Shown one piece after another: positions 8,353 to 17,890 of a stretch of DNA of 64,000 bases. Position 1 is the first letter of the stretch. Every line of letters begins with the position of its first letter. The position numbers and the translations under genes are program-made. Below the pieces are notes generated by a model. It made no database searches. It saw nothing but the letters and a program-made list of their open reading frames with translations, and was not told the DNA's origin. The stretch comes from a bacterium (lineage in GTDB: Bacteria > Bacteroidota > Ignavibacteria > SZUA-365), in NCBI GenBank assembly GCA_020444325.1, contig JAHLLD010000002.1:286882-350881 (forward strand), given 5' to 3'.

Positions 8353-9879
8353 TTAGGAAAAATACAGCCACCAGATCAGGATGAAGATCGGCAGCAGTAT
8401 GGGTATTGAAAACTTGATCATGTAGCCGAAGAACGAGGGCATCTTCGCGCCCATCTGTTCGGCGATGGACTTCACCATGAAGTTCGGGGCGTTGCCAATA
8501 TACGTCATCGCACCGAAGAAGACGGCGGAAACGCTGATGGCCATCACGTACAGCGGGTGCACGCTGATCAGCTGTGACACCTGGATGTCGCTGAGCGGCA
8601 CGCTGTTTGCGGCCACCATGCTCGGGTGATATTCCACGAGCGTCTTGACCGTCATACGTACTTCCTCGGAATACTGCATGAAGTTCGGGGCGTGCAGCGC
8701 ACCGTTCGCAATGACTTCCTGCACCTGGTGAATCAGGTCGGGCTGGACGAGCAAACCGATTTCGGCGCTCAGGAAATTCAGGTACGTCGGCGCATTGTCG
8801 AGGAAGGAGGAAAGGATGCCCGTGCCCCAGTAAAACTGTCCCGGAGCCGTGATGCCGAGCGAACCGGCGTTCAGCTCGAGCCAGTCGAGGGCAGGCACCA
8901 TCGTGGCGAAGAGCCCGAGGAAGAGGAAGCCCACTTCCTTGATCGGGAAGAAATTGAAGTCGTTGGCCTTGTGCACATGCTCCTTCGTCGTGTAATAGGA
9001 ACCCGCGGCGGCGATGATCATGATGGCTTCGCGCACGAAGGGGGGATCCTGGATAAACACGGCGACGAGAATCATCAGCAGGAAGCCGATGTTGTGCAGT
9101 CCTTCCACCTTTGTCTTATCCCCGGCGTCATCCTGCTTGTGCCTGATGTCGGCGGGCATCTTCATATAGTAGAACCAGTCGATGGCGACGAATACCGCGA
9201 GAATCATGAGGATGGTCAGTCCCCAGATATCCCACACATACTCGAGCACCCAGAAAAAGGGTATGCCTTTCAGGTAGCCGAGGAAGAGCGGGGGATCGCC
9301 GATCGGGGTGAGTCCGCCACCGATGTTGCTGACGATGAAGATGAAAAAGACGATGTGGTACGCGTGCAGACGCGACTTGTTGTTGCGGAGGAAGGGACGG
9401 ATGAGAATCATCGACGCGCCGGTGGTACCGACGATATTCGCGAGTACGGCACCGATGGCGAGGATGATGGTGTTTTTAATGGGCGATGCATAGCCCTGCA
9501 GGGCGATGTGCAGCCCGCCCGCGACGATATACAGTGAACCGACGAGGGCGATGAAACTGAAGTACTCGATTCCCGAGTGCAGCATGCGCACGGGATTCTG
9601 AAGGAAAAAGACATAGTAGATGATGGTGATGAGGCCGAGTCCGATGGCCACATGCGGAAAATAATGATGCCACCAGTGTCCGTTGATGAAAGGCATGAGG
9701 GCAATGGCGAGCAGGAGAAGGATGAAGGGAATCACCATAAGGGGATCGGGCTCAATTAAATGCATTTCACCCGCCTCCGACGCGAAGGCCGGGACGTTGA
9801 AAAGCATCAGAGCCACGAGCGTGGTCATACACGCTCTGAAAATTCGGGAAAACGGTTTCAACAAGGTGCTCCTGTGCAT
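8353..9879 (-). CDS. nhaD: NhaD/ArsB-superfamily Na+/H+ antiporter-like transporter embedded in the nuo operon
   Basis: 508 aa, about 12 TM segments, ion-transporter (CitMHS/ArsB/NhaD) superfamily pattern. It sits between nuoM and nuoN, the same position as nhaD in the Rhodothermus marinus nqo10-14 operon (established knowledge). Confidence 0.75.
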   Translation of the reverse strand: MHRSTLLKPFSRIFRACMTTLVALMLFNVPAFASEAGEMHLIEPDPLMVIPFILLLLAIALMPFINGHWWHHYFPHVAIGLGLITIIYYVFFLQNPVRMLHSGIEYFSFIALVGSLYIVAGGLHIALQGYASPIKNTIILAIGAVLANIVGTTGASMILIRPFLRNNKSRLHAYHIVFFIFIVSNIGGGLTPIGDPPLFLGYLKGIPFFWVLEYVWDIWGLTILMILAVFVAIDWFYYMKMPADIRHKQDDAGDKTKVEGLHNIGFLLMILVAVFIQDPPFVREAIMIIAAAGSYYTTKEHVHKANDFNFFPIKEVGFLFLGLFATMVPALDWLELNAGSLGITAPGQFYWGTGILSSFLDNAPTYLNFLSAEIGLLVQPDLIHQVQEVIANGALHAPNFMQYSEEVRMTVKTLVEYHPSMVAANSVPLSDIQVSQLISVHPLYVMAISVSAVFFGAMTYIGNAPNFMVKSIAEQMGAKMPSFFGYMIKFSIPILLPIFILIWWLYFS

Positions 9880-11421
9880 TTACTGGTCTGAAACAGTGGT
9901 TGACAGCAATTCACCACGCTGTACCTGTTCCAGCTTGTCGACGACGCGCTGCATCGTGGGTTCGGTTTTCTCCATGAAGGTGCTCGGATAAATGCCGATC
10001 CACACGATGAAAAGCAGTATAGGCAGGAGCAGCCCGATTTCACGTGACGACAGGTCGACAAGTTTGCTGTTTTCCTCGCTGCGGGAGACACCGAACACCA
10101 CGCGCTGGAACATCCAGAGCATGTAGACGGCCGCAAAAACCACGCCCGTGGCAGCGAAGATGACGTACCAGTGCGAGCCCAGTACAGTGGAGTTGAAGGA
10201 GCCGAGGAGGATAAGGAATTCCCCGACAAAACCGTTGAGTCCGGGGAGGCCGATCGATGACAGTGTGACGATCATGAAGAACGTCGAGAACACCGGGATC
10301 TGTCGGGCGAGTCCGCCGAAATCTTCAATCATGCGCGTATGACGTCTGTCGTAAATCATGCCGACGATAAGGAAGAGTGCGCCGGTGGAGAGACCATGAT
10401 TGATCATCTGGATGAGTCCACCCTGCAAACCCTCAATCGTCATGCCGAAAATGCCGAGAAGAATGAAACCCATGTGGCTGACGGAGGAATAGGCCACAAG
10501 TTTTTTCACATCCTTCTGCACCATGGAAACGAGTGCTCCGTATATAATGCCCACCACGCCAAGCGCGGAAAGGACGGAGGCGAATTCAATGGAAGCCAGC
10601 GGGAAAAGCTGGAGGTTGAAACGGATCAGACCGTAGGTCCCCATTTTCAGCAGCACACCGGCCAGGATAACCGATCCGCCGGTGGGTGCCTGGACGTGTG
10701 CGTCCGGCAGCCAGGTGTGCAGCGGGAAGGCGGGAACCTTGATGAGAAAGCTCAGCGCAAAGGCCGCGAACATCCATCCTTGAATGTCGAGCGGAATCGT
10801 CGGCGCGATGTCGAAGAGCATGGTAATGTCGGTGGTGAACGTGCCGCCCGGAAGGGTGGAGGCATAGTAGCCCAGCCAGATAATGGCGATGAGCATGAGC
10901 AGCGAACCGACCATGGTGTAGATGAAGAACTTCACCGTGGCGTAAATGCGCTCTTTGCCGCCCCAGATACCGATGATGAAATACATCGGGATGAGGATCA
11001 ACTCCCAGAACACGTAAAACAGGAAGGTGTCGAGGGAGGAGAAGACGCCGATCATGGCCGTTTCAAGCAGCAGCATGAGTGCGACATAGGCGGGCACCTG
11101 CTTCGTCACGGATTTCCACGACGAAATCAGCACGATGGGAGTCAGGAAGGTGGTCAGCACCACCAGCAGCAGGGAAATCCCGTCGAGTCCGACATGATAG
11201 CTCACGTTGAGGGCGGGAATCCAGCTGACTTTCTCCACGAACTGCATCGCCGGATTTGCCGGGTCGTAGGCAAAGAACAGTTCCAGCGAGACGAGGAAGT
11301 TCAGCAGCGAGGCGCCGAGTCCCGTCCAGCGGGCGGCTCCGTCACTGCGGCGCGCGAGCAGCACGGCTGCGAGGCCGATGAGGGGGAGAAAAAGTACGAC
11401 GTTGAGAACGTGTGGAATCAT
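9880..11421 (-). CDS. nuoM: NADH-quinone oxidoreductase subunit M
   Basis: 513 aa. Antiporter-like complex I subunit with NuoM/ND4 motifs (FYVFWELILIPMYFIIGIWGG, HTWLPDAHVQAPTGGSVILAGVLLK). Confidence 0.92.
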   Translation of the reverse strand: MIPHVLNVVLFLPLIGLAAVLLARRSDGAARWTGLGASLLNFLVSLELFFAYDPANPAMQFVEKVSWIPALNVSYHVGLDGISLLLVVLTTFLTPIVLISSWKSVTKQVPAYVALMLLLETAMIGVFSSLDTFLFYVFWELILIPMYFIIGIWGGKERIYATVKFFIYTMVGSLLMLIAIIWLGYYASTLPGGTFTTDITMLFDIAPTIPLDIQGWMFAAFALSFLIKVPAFPLHTWLPDAHVQAPTGGSVILAGVLLKMGTYGLIRFNLQLFPLASIEFASVLSALGVVGIIYGALVSMVQKDVKKLVAYSSVSHMGFILLGIFGMTIEGLQGGLIQMINHGLSTGALFLIVGMIYDRRHTRMIEDFGGLARQIPVFSTFFMIVTLSSIGLPGLNGFVGEFLILLGSFNSTVLGSHWYVIFAATGVVFAAVYMLWMFQRVVFGVSRSEENSKLVDLSSREIGLLLPILLFIVWIGIYPSTFMEKTEPTMQRVVDKLEQVQRGELLSTTVSDQ

Positions 11422-11430
11422 CGTGTTGTA

Positions 11431-13368
11431 TCAGCTCAATATGATCAATCCGAGAACGATAACGATACCGAGAACGATCAGGGCGGCGTAACTCTGCACG
11501 ACGCCTGTCTGGATCACGCGAATACTGCGGCTGACCCATGCGGTCAGTGTTGCGACGCCGTTGACGATACCGTCAATGATGCGTACGTCGAACACGCGGA
11601 ACAGGAAGCTTTCCGAGGTCTTCACGAGGGGACGCACGACACTGCCGTTGTACCCCTCGTCGACATAATACTTGTTGGCAAGCAGGCGGTAGAGGAAACC
11701 GGTTTTCGCGGCAATCTTGTTGTCCGCTTCCGGGTTCTTCAAGAACACCGAGCGACCGAACCAGAAACCGATGAAGCCGATCGCGACGCTCACCGCCATG
11801 AGGATGTACTCGAGCGTGTGATTGTGATGCTCGGCCAGCGCCATGGTGTGCTCCGCCTGTGCGAAAATGGGATGCAGCCACTGGTGAATGGCGTTGCCGC
11901 CGCCGAGCACGGCGGGGATGCCGATGAAGCCGCCCACAATGGCCAGGAAAGCAAGCACGATGAGCGGAATGGTCATCGTGGCCGGGGATTCATGCGGATG
12001 CTTGTCTTTCGCCCAGCGCGGCTCGCCTTCAAAGGTGAGTGTGACCATGCGGAACATGTAGAATGCCGTCATCAGTGCTGCCAGCGCACCGATGCCCCAG
12101 AGCAGTACCGAGCCGTCAGCGAAGGATTTCCAGAGAATCTCATCCTTGGAGAAAAACCCTGCCAGCGGCGGGAAGCCCGCGATGGCGAAACTGGAGATGA
12201 GGAAGGTCCAGTACGTCTTCGGCATGACGCTCTTCAGTCCGCCCATGTAGCGAATGTCCTGCTCCTCGTGCATGGCATGAATCACCGAACCGGATCCGAG
12301 GAAGAGGCAGGCCTTGAAGAACGCATGCGTCATCACGTGGAAAATACCAGCGGTGAAAGCGCCCACACCGAGGGCGAGGAACATATATCCGAGCTGGCTG
12401 ACGGTAGAGTATGCCAGCACTTTCTTGATGTCGTTCTGTACGAGTCCGATAGACGCGGCCATGATGGCGGTGAGCGCACCGACGATGGCGACGACCATCA
12501 TGGTGTCAGGCGCCAGTGCGTACAGCGCGGAGTTGCGTGCCACCATGTAGACGCCGGCGGTAACCATGGTTGCGGCATGGATCAGGGCGCTGACGGGGGT
12601 GGGACCAGCCATGGCGTCGGGCAGCCAGACGAACAGCGGGATCTGCGCCGATTTTCCGGTTGCGCCGATGAAAAGCAGCAACGTGATCCAGAACACGGTG
12701 CTGTTCCCGACAGCCAGGTGTTCCGAACCCTGCATGACTTCATTGAACGTCAGCGAACCGAATTCCTTGAAGATCAGGAACATGCCGAGCATGAAGGCGA
12801 AGTCGCCGATGCGGTTGACCCAGAAGGCCTTGTTGCCCGCGTCACCCGTCCATGTAATGCCCACGCCGTCGAATTTCTTGTCGTACCAGAACCCGATCAG
12901 GAGGTAGGAACAGAGTCCGACACCTTCCCAGCCGAGGAACATCAGCACGTAGTTGTCGGCAAGGACGAGATTCAGCATGGCGAAAATGAACAGGTTCAGG
13001 TAGGTGAAAAACCTCCAGAAACTGCGGTCGCCGTGCATGTAGCCGATCGAGTAGACGTGAATGAGGAAACCGACACCCGTGACAACGAGGGTCATGAAGA
13101 TGGAAAGCTGGTCGACCTGGTAGGCGGCGGAAACCTTGAATGTGCCGGCGGCCAGCCAGGTGAACAGCGTAACCACGCTTCCACGCTCTTCGGCGGGCAT
13201 GCCAAGCATTTCGATGAAAATGCCTGCGGCTACGAGGAAGGAAAGCCCCACCGCGCCGCTGCCGATGCTTCCGATCAGCTTTTCATTCTTGATTTTCCGT
13301 CCGAACAGCCCGTTGATGAGCAGTCCGATCAGCGGAAAGAGTACGATAAGCCCGACGTATTGATGCAT
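11431..13368 (-). CDS. nuoL: NADH-quinone oxidoreductase subunit L
   Basis: 645 aa. NuoL/ND5 motifs (LGWEGVGLCSYLLIGFWY, LFVWLPDAMAGPTPVSALIHAATMVTAGVYM), plus the long C-terminal extension typical of NuoL. Confidence 0.92.
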   Translation of the reverse strand: MHQYVGLIVLFPLIGLLINGLFGRKIKNEKLIGSIGSGAVGLSFLVAAGIFIEMLGMPAEERGSVVTLFTWLAAGTFKVSAAYQVDQLSIFMTLVVTGVGFLIHVYSIGYMHGDRSFWRFFTYLNLFIFAMLNLVLADNYVLMFLGWEGVGLCSYLLIGFWYDKKFDGVGITWTGDAGNKAFWVNRIGDFAFMLGMFLIFKEFGSLTFNEVMQGSEHLAVGNSTVFWITLLLFIGATGKSAQIPLFVWLPDAMAGPTPVSALIHAATMVTAGVYMVARNSALYALAPDTMMVVAIVGALTAIMAASIGLVQNDIKKVLAYSTVSQLGYMFLALGVGAFTAGIFHVMTHAFFKACLFLGSGSVIHAMHEEQDIRYMGGLKSVMPKTYWTFLISSFAIAGFPPLAGFFSKDEILWKSFADGSVLLWGIGALAALMTAFYMFRMVTLTFEGEPRWAKDKHPHESPATMTIPLIVLAFLAIVGGFIGIPAVLGGGNAIHQWLHPIFAQAEHTMALAEHHNHTLEYILMAVSVAIGFIGFWFGRSVFLKNPEADNKIAAKTGFLYRLLANKYYVDEGYNGSVVRPLVKTSESFLFRVFDVRIIDGIVNGVATLTAWVSRSIRVIQTGVVQSYAALIVLGIVIVLGLIILS

Positions 13369-13442
13369 GGGTCGAAATGGACGTTATGAAGTTTCAGTAG
13401 TCGATGGATTGGTAATGCTGTCCCGCACAGGCCGAGACAGTG

Positions 13443-13745
13443 TCACCACTTGAGAATATTGACGTCGTTGATGTTGACCGTCTGCTTGTTTCGGAACAGT
13501 GCGATAACGATCGCGAGTCCGACCGCAGCTTCCGCTGCAGCGACGGCCATGACAAAGAAGACGAAAATCTGTCCGTTGACGTTGCCGAGATACGACGAGA
13601 ACGCAACGAAGGTCAGGTTCACCGAGTTGAGCATCAGCTCGATACACATGAAGATGATAATCGCATTGCGGCGTGTGAGCACTCCCACCACACCGGTGAT
13701 GAACATGACAGCGCTGAGAATCAGGTAGTAGTGTATGGGGATCAT
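13443..13745 (-). CDS. nuoK: NADH-quinone oxidoreductase subunit K
   Basis: 100 aa, 3 TM. NuoK/ND4L motifs ([35 protein letters not shown]). Confidence 0.9.
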   Translation of the reverse strand: MIPIHYYLILSAVMFITGVVGVLTRRNAIIIFMCIELMLNSVNLTFVAFSSYLGNVNGQIFVFFVMAVAAAEAAVGLAIVIALFRNKQTVNINDVNILKW

Positions 13746-13772
13746 GAGTCCGTATTCCGTTTGGTCATTCGA

Positions 13773-14294
13773 TCAGGGGAAACGCTTTTTGGCCAGCACC
13801 ACGGCACCGATCATGGCCGCGAGCAGCAGAATGGACGTCAGTTCAAAAGGAAAGACGAAGCGCGTGAACAGCACGCCGCCGATATGTTCGACAGTCCCTA
13901 TTTCAGCGCTCGTCGGCGCCTGCTGTGTGAAACCGGCAAGTGAATCGGCCCCCTTCCATGCTATCACTTCAATAATGAGTCCGAGGGTCACGAGGGCGAA
14001 CAGCAGGCTTGCATAATGCCGTTTCGTCATGGTTTCACGGAGCGGCACTTCGTCCTCGAGATTGAGAAGCATGATGACGAAGAGCACGAGCACCATGATC
14101 GCACCTGCATACACGAGTATCTGTATGATGGCGACGAACTGGGCGCTGAGTGTGAGGTAAATGCCGGCGAGGGAAATGAAATTCAGGATGAGGAACAGGG
14201 CGCTGTTGACCGGATTCGCGCGCGTGATCATCAAAATCCCTGAGAGTACCGCGACGGCGGCAAGGACGAGGAAGACGATCAAATCGGAAGACAC
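13773..14294 (-). CDS. nuoJ: NADH-quinone oxidoreductase subunit J
   Basis: 173 aa. NuoJ/ND6-like membrane protein (ILVYAGAIMVLVLFVIMLL) at the head of the J-K-L-M cluster. Confidence 0.85.
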   Translation of the reverse strand: MSSDLIVFLVLAAVAVLSGILMITRANPVNSALFLILNFISLAGIYLTLSAQFVAIIQILVYAGAIMVLVLFVIMLLNLEDEVPLRETMTKRHYASLLFALVTLGLIIEVIAWKGADSLAGFTQQAPTSAEIGTVEHIGGVLFTRFVFPFELTSILLLAAMIGAVVLAKKRFP

Positions 14295-14399
14295 ATTTTC
14301 TCCGGGAAAGGGTGAAAATCAGCTCGTAATCATACGAATATAGCCGGAATGCGTGACTGATACAAACCAGCAGGGAACAGGCACTTGCGCAGTTTCCGG

Positions 14400-15224
14400 T
14401 CAGGAAAATGCGAGCCAGGCATCGCGCAGCGGAAGCATGCCTTCAGCCGGGAAGAGGGGGACGGCATGGTTGCCGACATGGCTGACCGGAAAGGGTCCCA
14501 GCAGGGCGTTTGCCACGCAGATTATCGCTCCCGAGGTAAGCTCCTGTGGCTGCACGGTGCGCCGCTGTACCTCCATGCCCAGGTCGCTGCATATTTCCGC
14601 CATGACACCACTGGTGATGCCGGGCAGCGCATCGTCAGATTCTGGGAGCACCAGTTTGTCGTCGTCGAAAATCAGGAGTGATGTGAACGTGCATTCGGAG
14701 ATGTTGCCCCGACGGTCGCGCAGCACGGCGTCGTCATACCCCTCACGCCGCGCGGCGTGCAGCAGGTGGCGGTAGGAAAGATAGCTCGTGCTTTTGTGTC
14801 CGGCGATGGGCGTCGCCAGCATCTGTTCCGGTGCACGGAGTTTCCAGGCGATGTCCTGCGGGGGACGCACGTAAGGCTCAGCAGTGATCATCACGGTGTC
14901 GTGACGATGCGTCCAGTGCTGCGCTACGTCCCCGGGCGTTGCGAGAATTTTTACACGGCATTCGAAGTCCAGCAGTTCATTGCGCGTGAGCAGTTCGCCG
15001 ATGATGTGGCGCACCTCTTCGTCCTCAAGTGCAAACGGGATGCCGAGCGCGTTGGAGGAAGCACGCAGCCGGGCCAGATGCCTGTCGAGCAGACGGGGCG
15101 TTCCATTTCGAGCGAGCAGGGTTTCAAACAGTCCCGCCCCGAACAACATGCCGGCATCCATGGCGGGCACGCGGGCTTCACGCGCGGGGTGGTATTCTCC
15201 GTTGACATAAATGATCTGCTGCAT
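14400..15224 (-). CDS. pabC: aminodeoxychorismate lyase (class IV aminotransferase fold)
   Basis: 274 aa class-IV aminotransferase-like sequence, directly downstream of pabB with a 5-nt gap. Confidence 0.72.
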   Translation of the reverse strand: MQQIIYVNGEYHPAREARVPAMDAGMLFGAGLFETLLARNGTPRLLDRHLARLRASSNALGIPFALEDEEVRHIIGELLTRNELLDFECRVKILATPGDVAQHWTHRHDTVMITAEPYVRPPQDIAWKLRAPEQMLATPIAGHKSTSYLSYRHLLHAARREGYDDAVLRDRRGNISECTFTSLLIFDDDKLVLPESDDALPGITSGVMAEICSDLGMEVQRRTVQPQELTSGAIICVANALLGPFPVSHVGNHAVPLFPAEGMLPLRDAWLAFS

Positions 15225-15229
15225 CGGTA

Positions 15230-16690
15230 TTACTCCTCAAGGCCGGATTCCACTCCGGCGATGTTGAAAAATGTCGCGCCCTTGTGCAGGGTCTCCATGT
15301 ATTCGTCCGACGGATCGGAATCAAACACGATACCGCCTCCCACCGAAAGGTGACAGATGCCGCTGCGTACCACCGCGGTGCGGATGGCGATATTGAAATC
15401 CGCCGTGCCGTCCGCTTCAAGCAAACCGACACTCCCCGTGTAGACATGACGAGTCTCCGGCTCCAGCGCATCGATGATTTCCATTGCGCGGATTTTCGGA
15501 CAGCCGGTGATCGATCCCCCGGGAAATACCGCGCGGAACACATCGTCGATTCCAGCTTCGCCGGACAGTGTGCCTTCGACAATGGACACCAGGTGCATGA
15601 CGTTGGCATAGCGTTCGATGCGCCGGTGTTCCCGCACGCGCACAGTTCCCGTGCGGCATACACGTCCGAGATCGTTGCGCGCAAGGTCCACGATCATCGA
15701 AAGCTCCGCATCGTCTTTCTCGCTGGCCAGCAGGGCGCGTTCCTGTTGGCTGTCATCTTCATCGTTCTGTCCCCTGGGACGCGTGCCTTTTATCGGACGC
15801 GTCTCGATGTGCACGCTCTTGTCATCCGCTGTCTCCAGGCGGAACAGCCTCTCCATCGATGTCGAAAGCACGCAGTGATCCCCGGCGTTTACCCAGGCAT
15901 AGAAGGGAGCTGGGTTCTGCTCGAAGAGCCGGAGCCAGATCGAAAATGCCGGCTGCGGCAGCGGGAAGCTGAAACGCTGGGAAAGATTGACCTGGTAGAC
16001 GTCGCCGTCGTAAATGTGCTGCCGCACGCGGCGTACGGCAGACTCATACTCCTCACGCGAAAAGCCGCGCCTTGGCAGCGACGCAGGTGAATATGCGGTT
16101 TCTGCATATTTTCTCGGGCCGGAATATGCAGAATCTGCATAATGCGCTGAAATACCGTTCTCCGAAAGCGGCTGCAACTGCTCGCCGTCCATCGCCCAGA
16201 CGATACTGTATTCGCTTCGCTGCGCCGCGGCATGATCGAAGTGCAGCATGCGTGTAGGCCAGAGAAGGACGAAATCCGGCAGGTCCAGCACATCCTCCGC
16301 TGCTGCGGGCAATCGTTCGATGTACCTTCCCGCTTCGTAGGCGACATAGCAGGCGACAGCCGCCGTGGCGTCCCGCTCTGTTTCAATGCCGGTGAGTCCT
16401 TCCCTGACTGCGGCAAGCAGTGTGAAAGGGTCCGTATTTTCTTCCCGCTCGCAGCCGCGTGTCGTAAGCAGTTCAGCGACGCCGTTTTTGACGCGGAGCA
16501 TGGCGGCGGGACGAAGCATTGCAAGTGATCGGCGGCTGCAGTCGTGCTCCGCCCCACTGAGATATATGGCTGAAGGCAGGGATTCGGCATCCGGCTGCAT
16601 TTCCGCGACGAAGTCATCGTGGCTTCCCCGGGAGGTACTTTCCCGCCTCACTGAAGGACGCATCGAGCGGAGGCGATCATGAAAACTCAT
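15230..16690 (-). CDS. pabB: aminodeoxychorismate synthase component I (chorismate-binding enzyme)
   Basis: 486 aa. C-terminal chorismate-binding motifs (FPGGSITGCPKIRAMEII, GGGIVFDSDPSDEYMET). Overlaps pabA by 4 nt. Confidence 0.82.
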   Translation of the reverse strand: MSFHDRLRSMRPSVRRESTSRGSHDDFVAEMQPDAESLPSAIYLSGAEHDCSRRSLAMLRPAAMLRVKNGVAELLTTRGCEREENTDPFTLLAAVREGLTGIETERDATAAVACYVAYEAGRYIERLPAAAEDVLDLPDFVLLWPTRMLHFDHAAAQRSEYSIVWAMDGEQLQPLSENGISAHYADSAYSGPRKYAETAYSPASLPRRGFSREEYESAVRRVRQHIYDGDVYQVNLSQRFSFPLPQPAFSIWLRLFEQNPAPFYAWVNAGDHCVLSTSMERLFRLETADDKSVHIETRPIKGTRPRGQNDEDDSQQERALLASEKDDAELSMIVDLARNDLGRVCRTGTVRVREHRRIERYANVMHLVSIVEGTLSGEAGIDDVFRAVFPGGSITGCPKIRAMEIIDALEPETRHVYTGSVGLLEADGTADFNIAIRTAVVRSGICHLSVGGGIVFDSDPSDEYMETLHKGATFFNIAGVESGLEE

Positions 16691-17283
16691 CGCGGGTCCT
16701 CCGGCTTCATCCTCATCCCGGCAAGCGCAAGGAAGTTTGCAGCCATCGCGCTGCCGTGTTCCGTCATGAATGATTCGGGGTGAAATTGCACGGCATGAAT
16801 TGGCAGTGCGCTGTGGTGCAGTGCCATCACGCAGCCGTCATCGGTCCACGCATCTTCAACGAGTAGTTCCGACGCTCGCTTCACTGCGAGCGAATGATAG
16901 CGCGCGGCACGGAAGGGGGAAGGGAGTCCGGCAAACACCCCCGCACCGCTATGTCGCAGAAGCTGGGCTTTCCCATGCACGGGAAGTGGCGCGTGCACCG
17001 TACGTCCTTCATAGTGTTCATTGATCACCTGCATCCCGAGACAGACACCGAGTATAGGCAGCTCGCGCTCCCATCGCCTCAGCGCCTCACGGCTGACGCC
17101 GCTGTCGCGTGGCGTTCCCGGTCCCGGTGAAATGCATAACGCATCCGGTCGCAGAGCGGCCAGTTCGTTAACCGGAACGTCGTTCCGCCGCACGACGACA
17201 TCCACTTGATCTCCGAGTGCCGCAAACAGCTGGGCCAGGTTGTAGGTGAATGAGTCGAAGTTGTCGATGATCAGTAAACGCAT
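16687..17283 (-). CDS. pabA: aminodeoxychorismate/anthranilate synthase component II (class I glutamine amidotransferase)
   Basis: 198 aa. GATase1 catalytic triad region (GVCLGMQ ... HPES). N-terminal LLIDNFDSFTYNL. Confidence 0.85.
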   Translation of the reverse strand: MRLLIIDNFDSFTYNLAQLFAALGDQVDVVVRRNDVPVNELAALRPDALCISPGPGTPRDSGVSREALRRWERELPILGVCLGMQVINEHYEGRTVHAPLPVHGKAQLLRHSGAGVFAGLPSPFRAARYHSLAVKRASELLVEDAWTDDGCVMALHHSALPIHAVQFHPESFMTEHGSAMAANFLALAGMRMKPEDPR

Positions 17284-17352
17284 CCCACAAGATAATCACC
17301 GGGAAAAAGAAAAACCCCGTCCTTCGCAAGGAAGAACGGGGAGTATCTTTTC

Positions 17353-17428
17353 TGGAGCCATCCATCGGACTCGAACCGACGACCTGCTCATTACGAGTGA
17401 GCTGCTCTACCAACTGAGCTAGGATGGC
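17353..17428 (-). tRNA. tRNA-Thr (anticodon CGT)
   Basis: The reverse complement folds as a canonical cloverleaf: GCCATCC-TA-GCTC AGTTGGTA GAGC-A-GCTCA CTCGTAA TGAGC-AGGTC-GTCGG TTCGAGT CCGAT-GGATGGC-T-CCA. The 7/7 acceptor stem is perfect. Anticodon loop CTCGTAA gives CGU, reading ACG. CCA is encoded. Confidence 0.88.
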
Positions 17429-17591
17429 GAGTCAACAAATATAGGAGCGATGCAAGATAAATGCAACAAGCTGCGCTCAACGGGAACACGGATGTTCACC
17501 CGTCTTCGTCCTCGCTACGCTCGGACTTCGCCGCGGCAGGCCGGAGGAAAGGAGAGGCCCGATTTGCCAGCAGTGACTGTAGCGGTTGACA

Positions 17592-17658
17592 AATTCGGAT
17601 TCCCCCAGTCTCCGCGAAGATTCGTATAATCCGTGGAGATCCGTGTTCCCCTTGATTG
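17592..17658. repeat. degenerate partial copy of the AATCCGTG...CCCTTGATTG palindromic intergenic element
   Basis: aattcggattc...aatccgtggagatccgtgttccccttgattg matches the right arm of the element at 32680-32835 (aaaatccgtaggatccgtgagaatccgtgttaccattgattg). Confidence 0.45.
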
Positions 17659-17890
17659 CGCTGATTGTGGCCTTTTTCGGAAAAGATTTTTCTCTTACCT
17701 TTTAATAATACCGCATTCTGAGCGGGAAGTAGTTGCGGTTCCCTGCTGTGTTCCTTCCCTCCGCATTGAAAGGTGAGTGAAGAACATGTACCGGTACTGA
17801 GCCTGTAAGCTGCAGGATCACCGGAGGCGGAGCTACGACATAGATTGATCGATTGATAACGTCATATTATTACCTGATAGGAAAACTTCC

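Noticed and set aside
8626-9537. 303-aa plus-strand ORF
   Set aside because: Antisense to the nhaD-like transporter gene. Composition is Asp/Glu/His/Arg-rich, typical of an artefact.
10339-13389. 1016-aa plus-strand ORF
   Set aside because: Antisense to nuoM/nuoL, which have unmistakable complex I motifs. The translated product is a low-complexity H/D/E/G-rich sequence. A spurious long ORF due to high GC.
17168-17413. 81-aa minus-strand ORF
   Set aside because: Overlaps the tRNA-Thr gene. The peptide MVEQLTRNEQVVGSSPMDG is the translation of tRNA sequence.
17588-17630. TTGACA ... TATAAT promoter-like hexamers upstream of metK
   Set aside because: The spacer between the hexamers is about 32 nt, not 16-18. 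Not a canonical sigma-70 promoter, and FCB-group bacteria often use a different consensus.
17690-17890. SAM-I (S-box) riboswitch in the metK leader
   Set aside because: I could not find the conserved S-box blocks (…GGNGGAGGGA…GCAACC…GGUGC.AA) by eye. Left as an open hypothesis in the findings rather than a feature.
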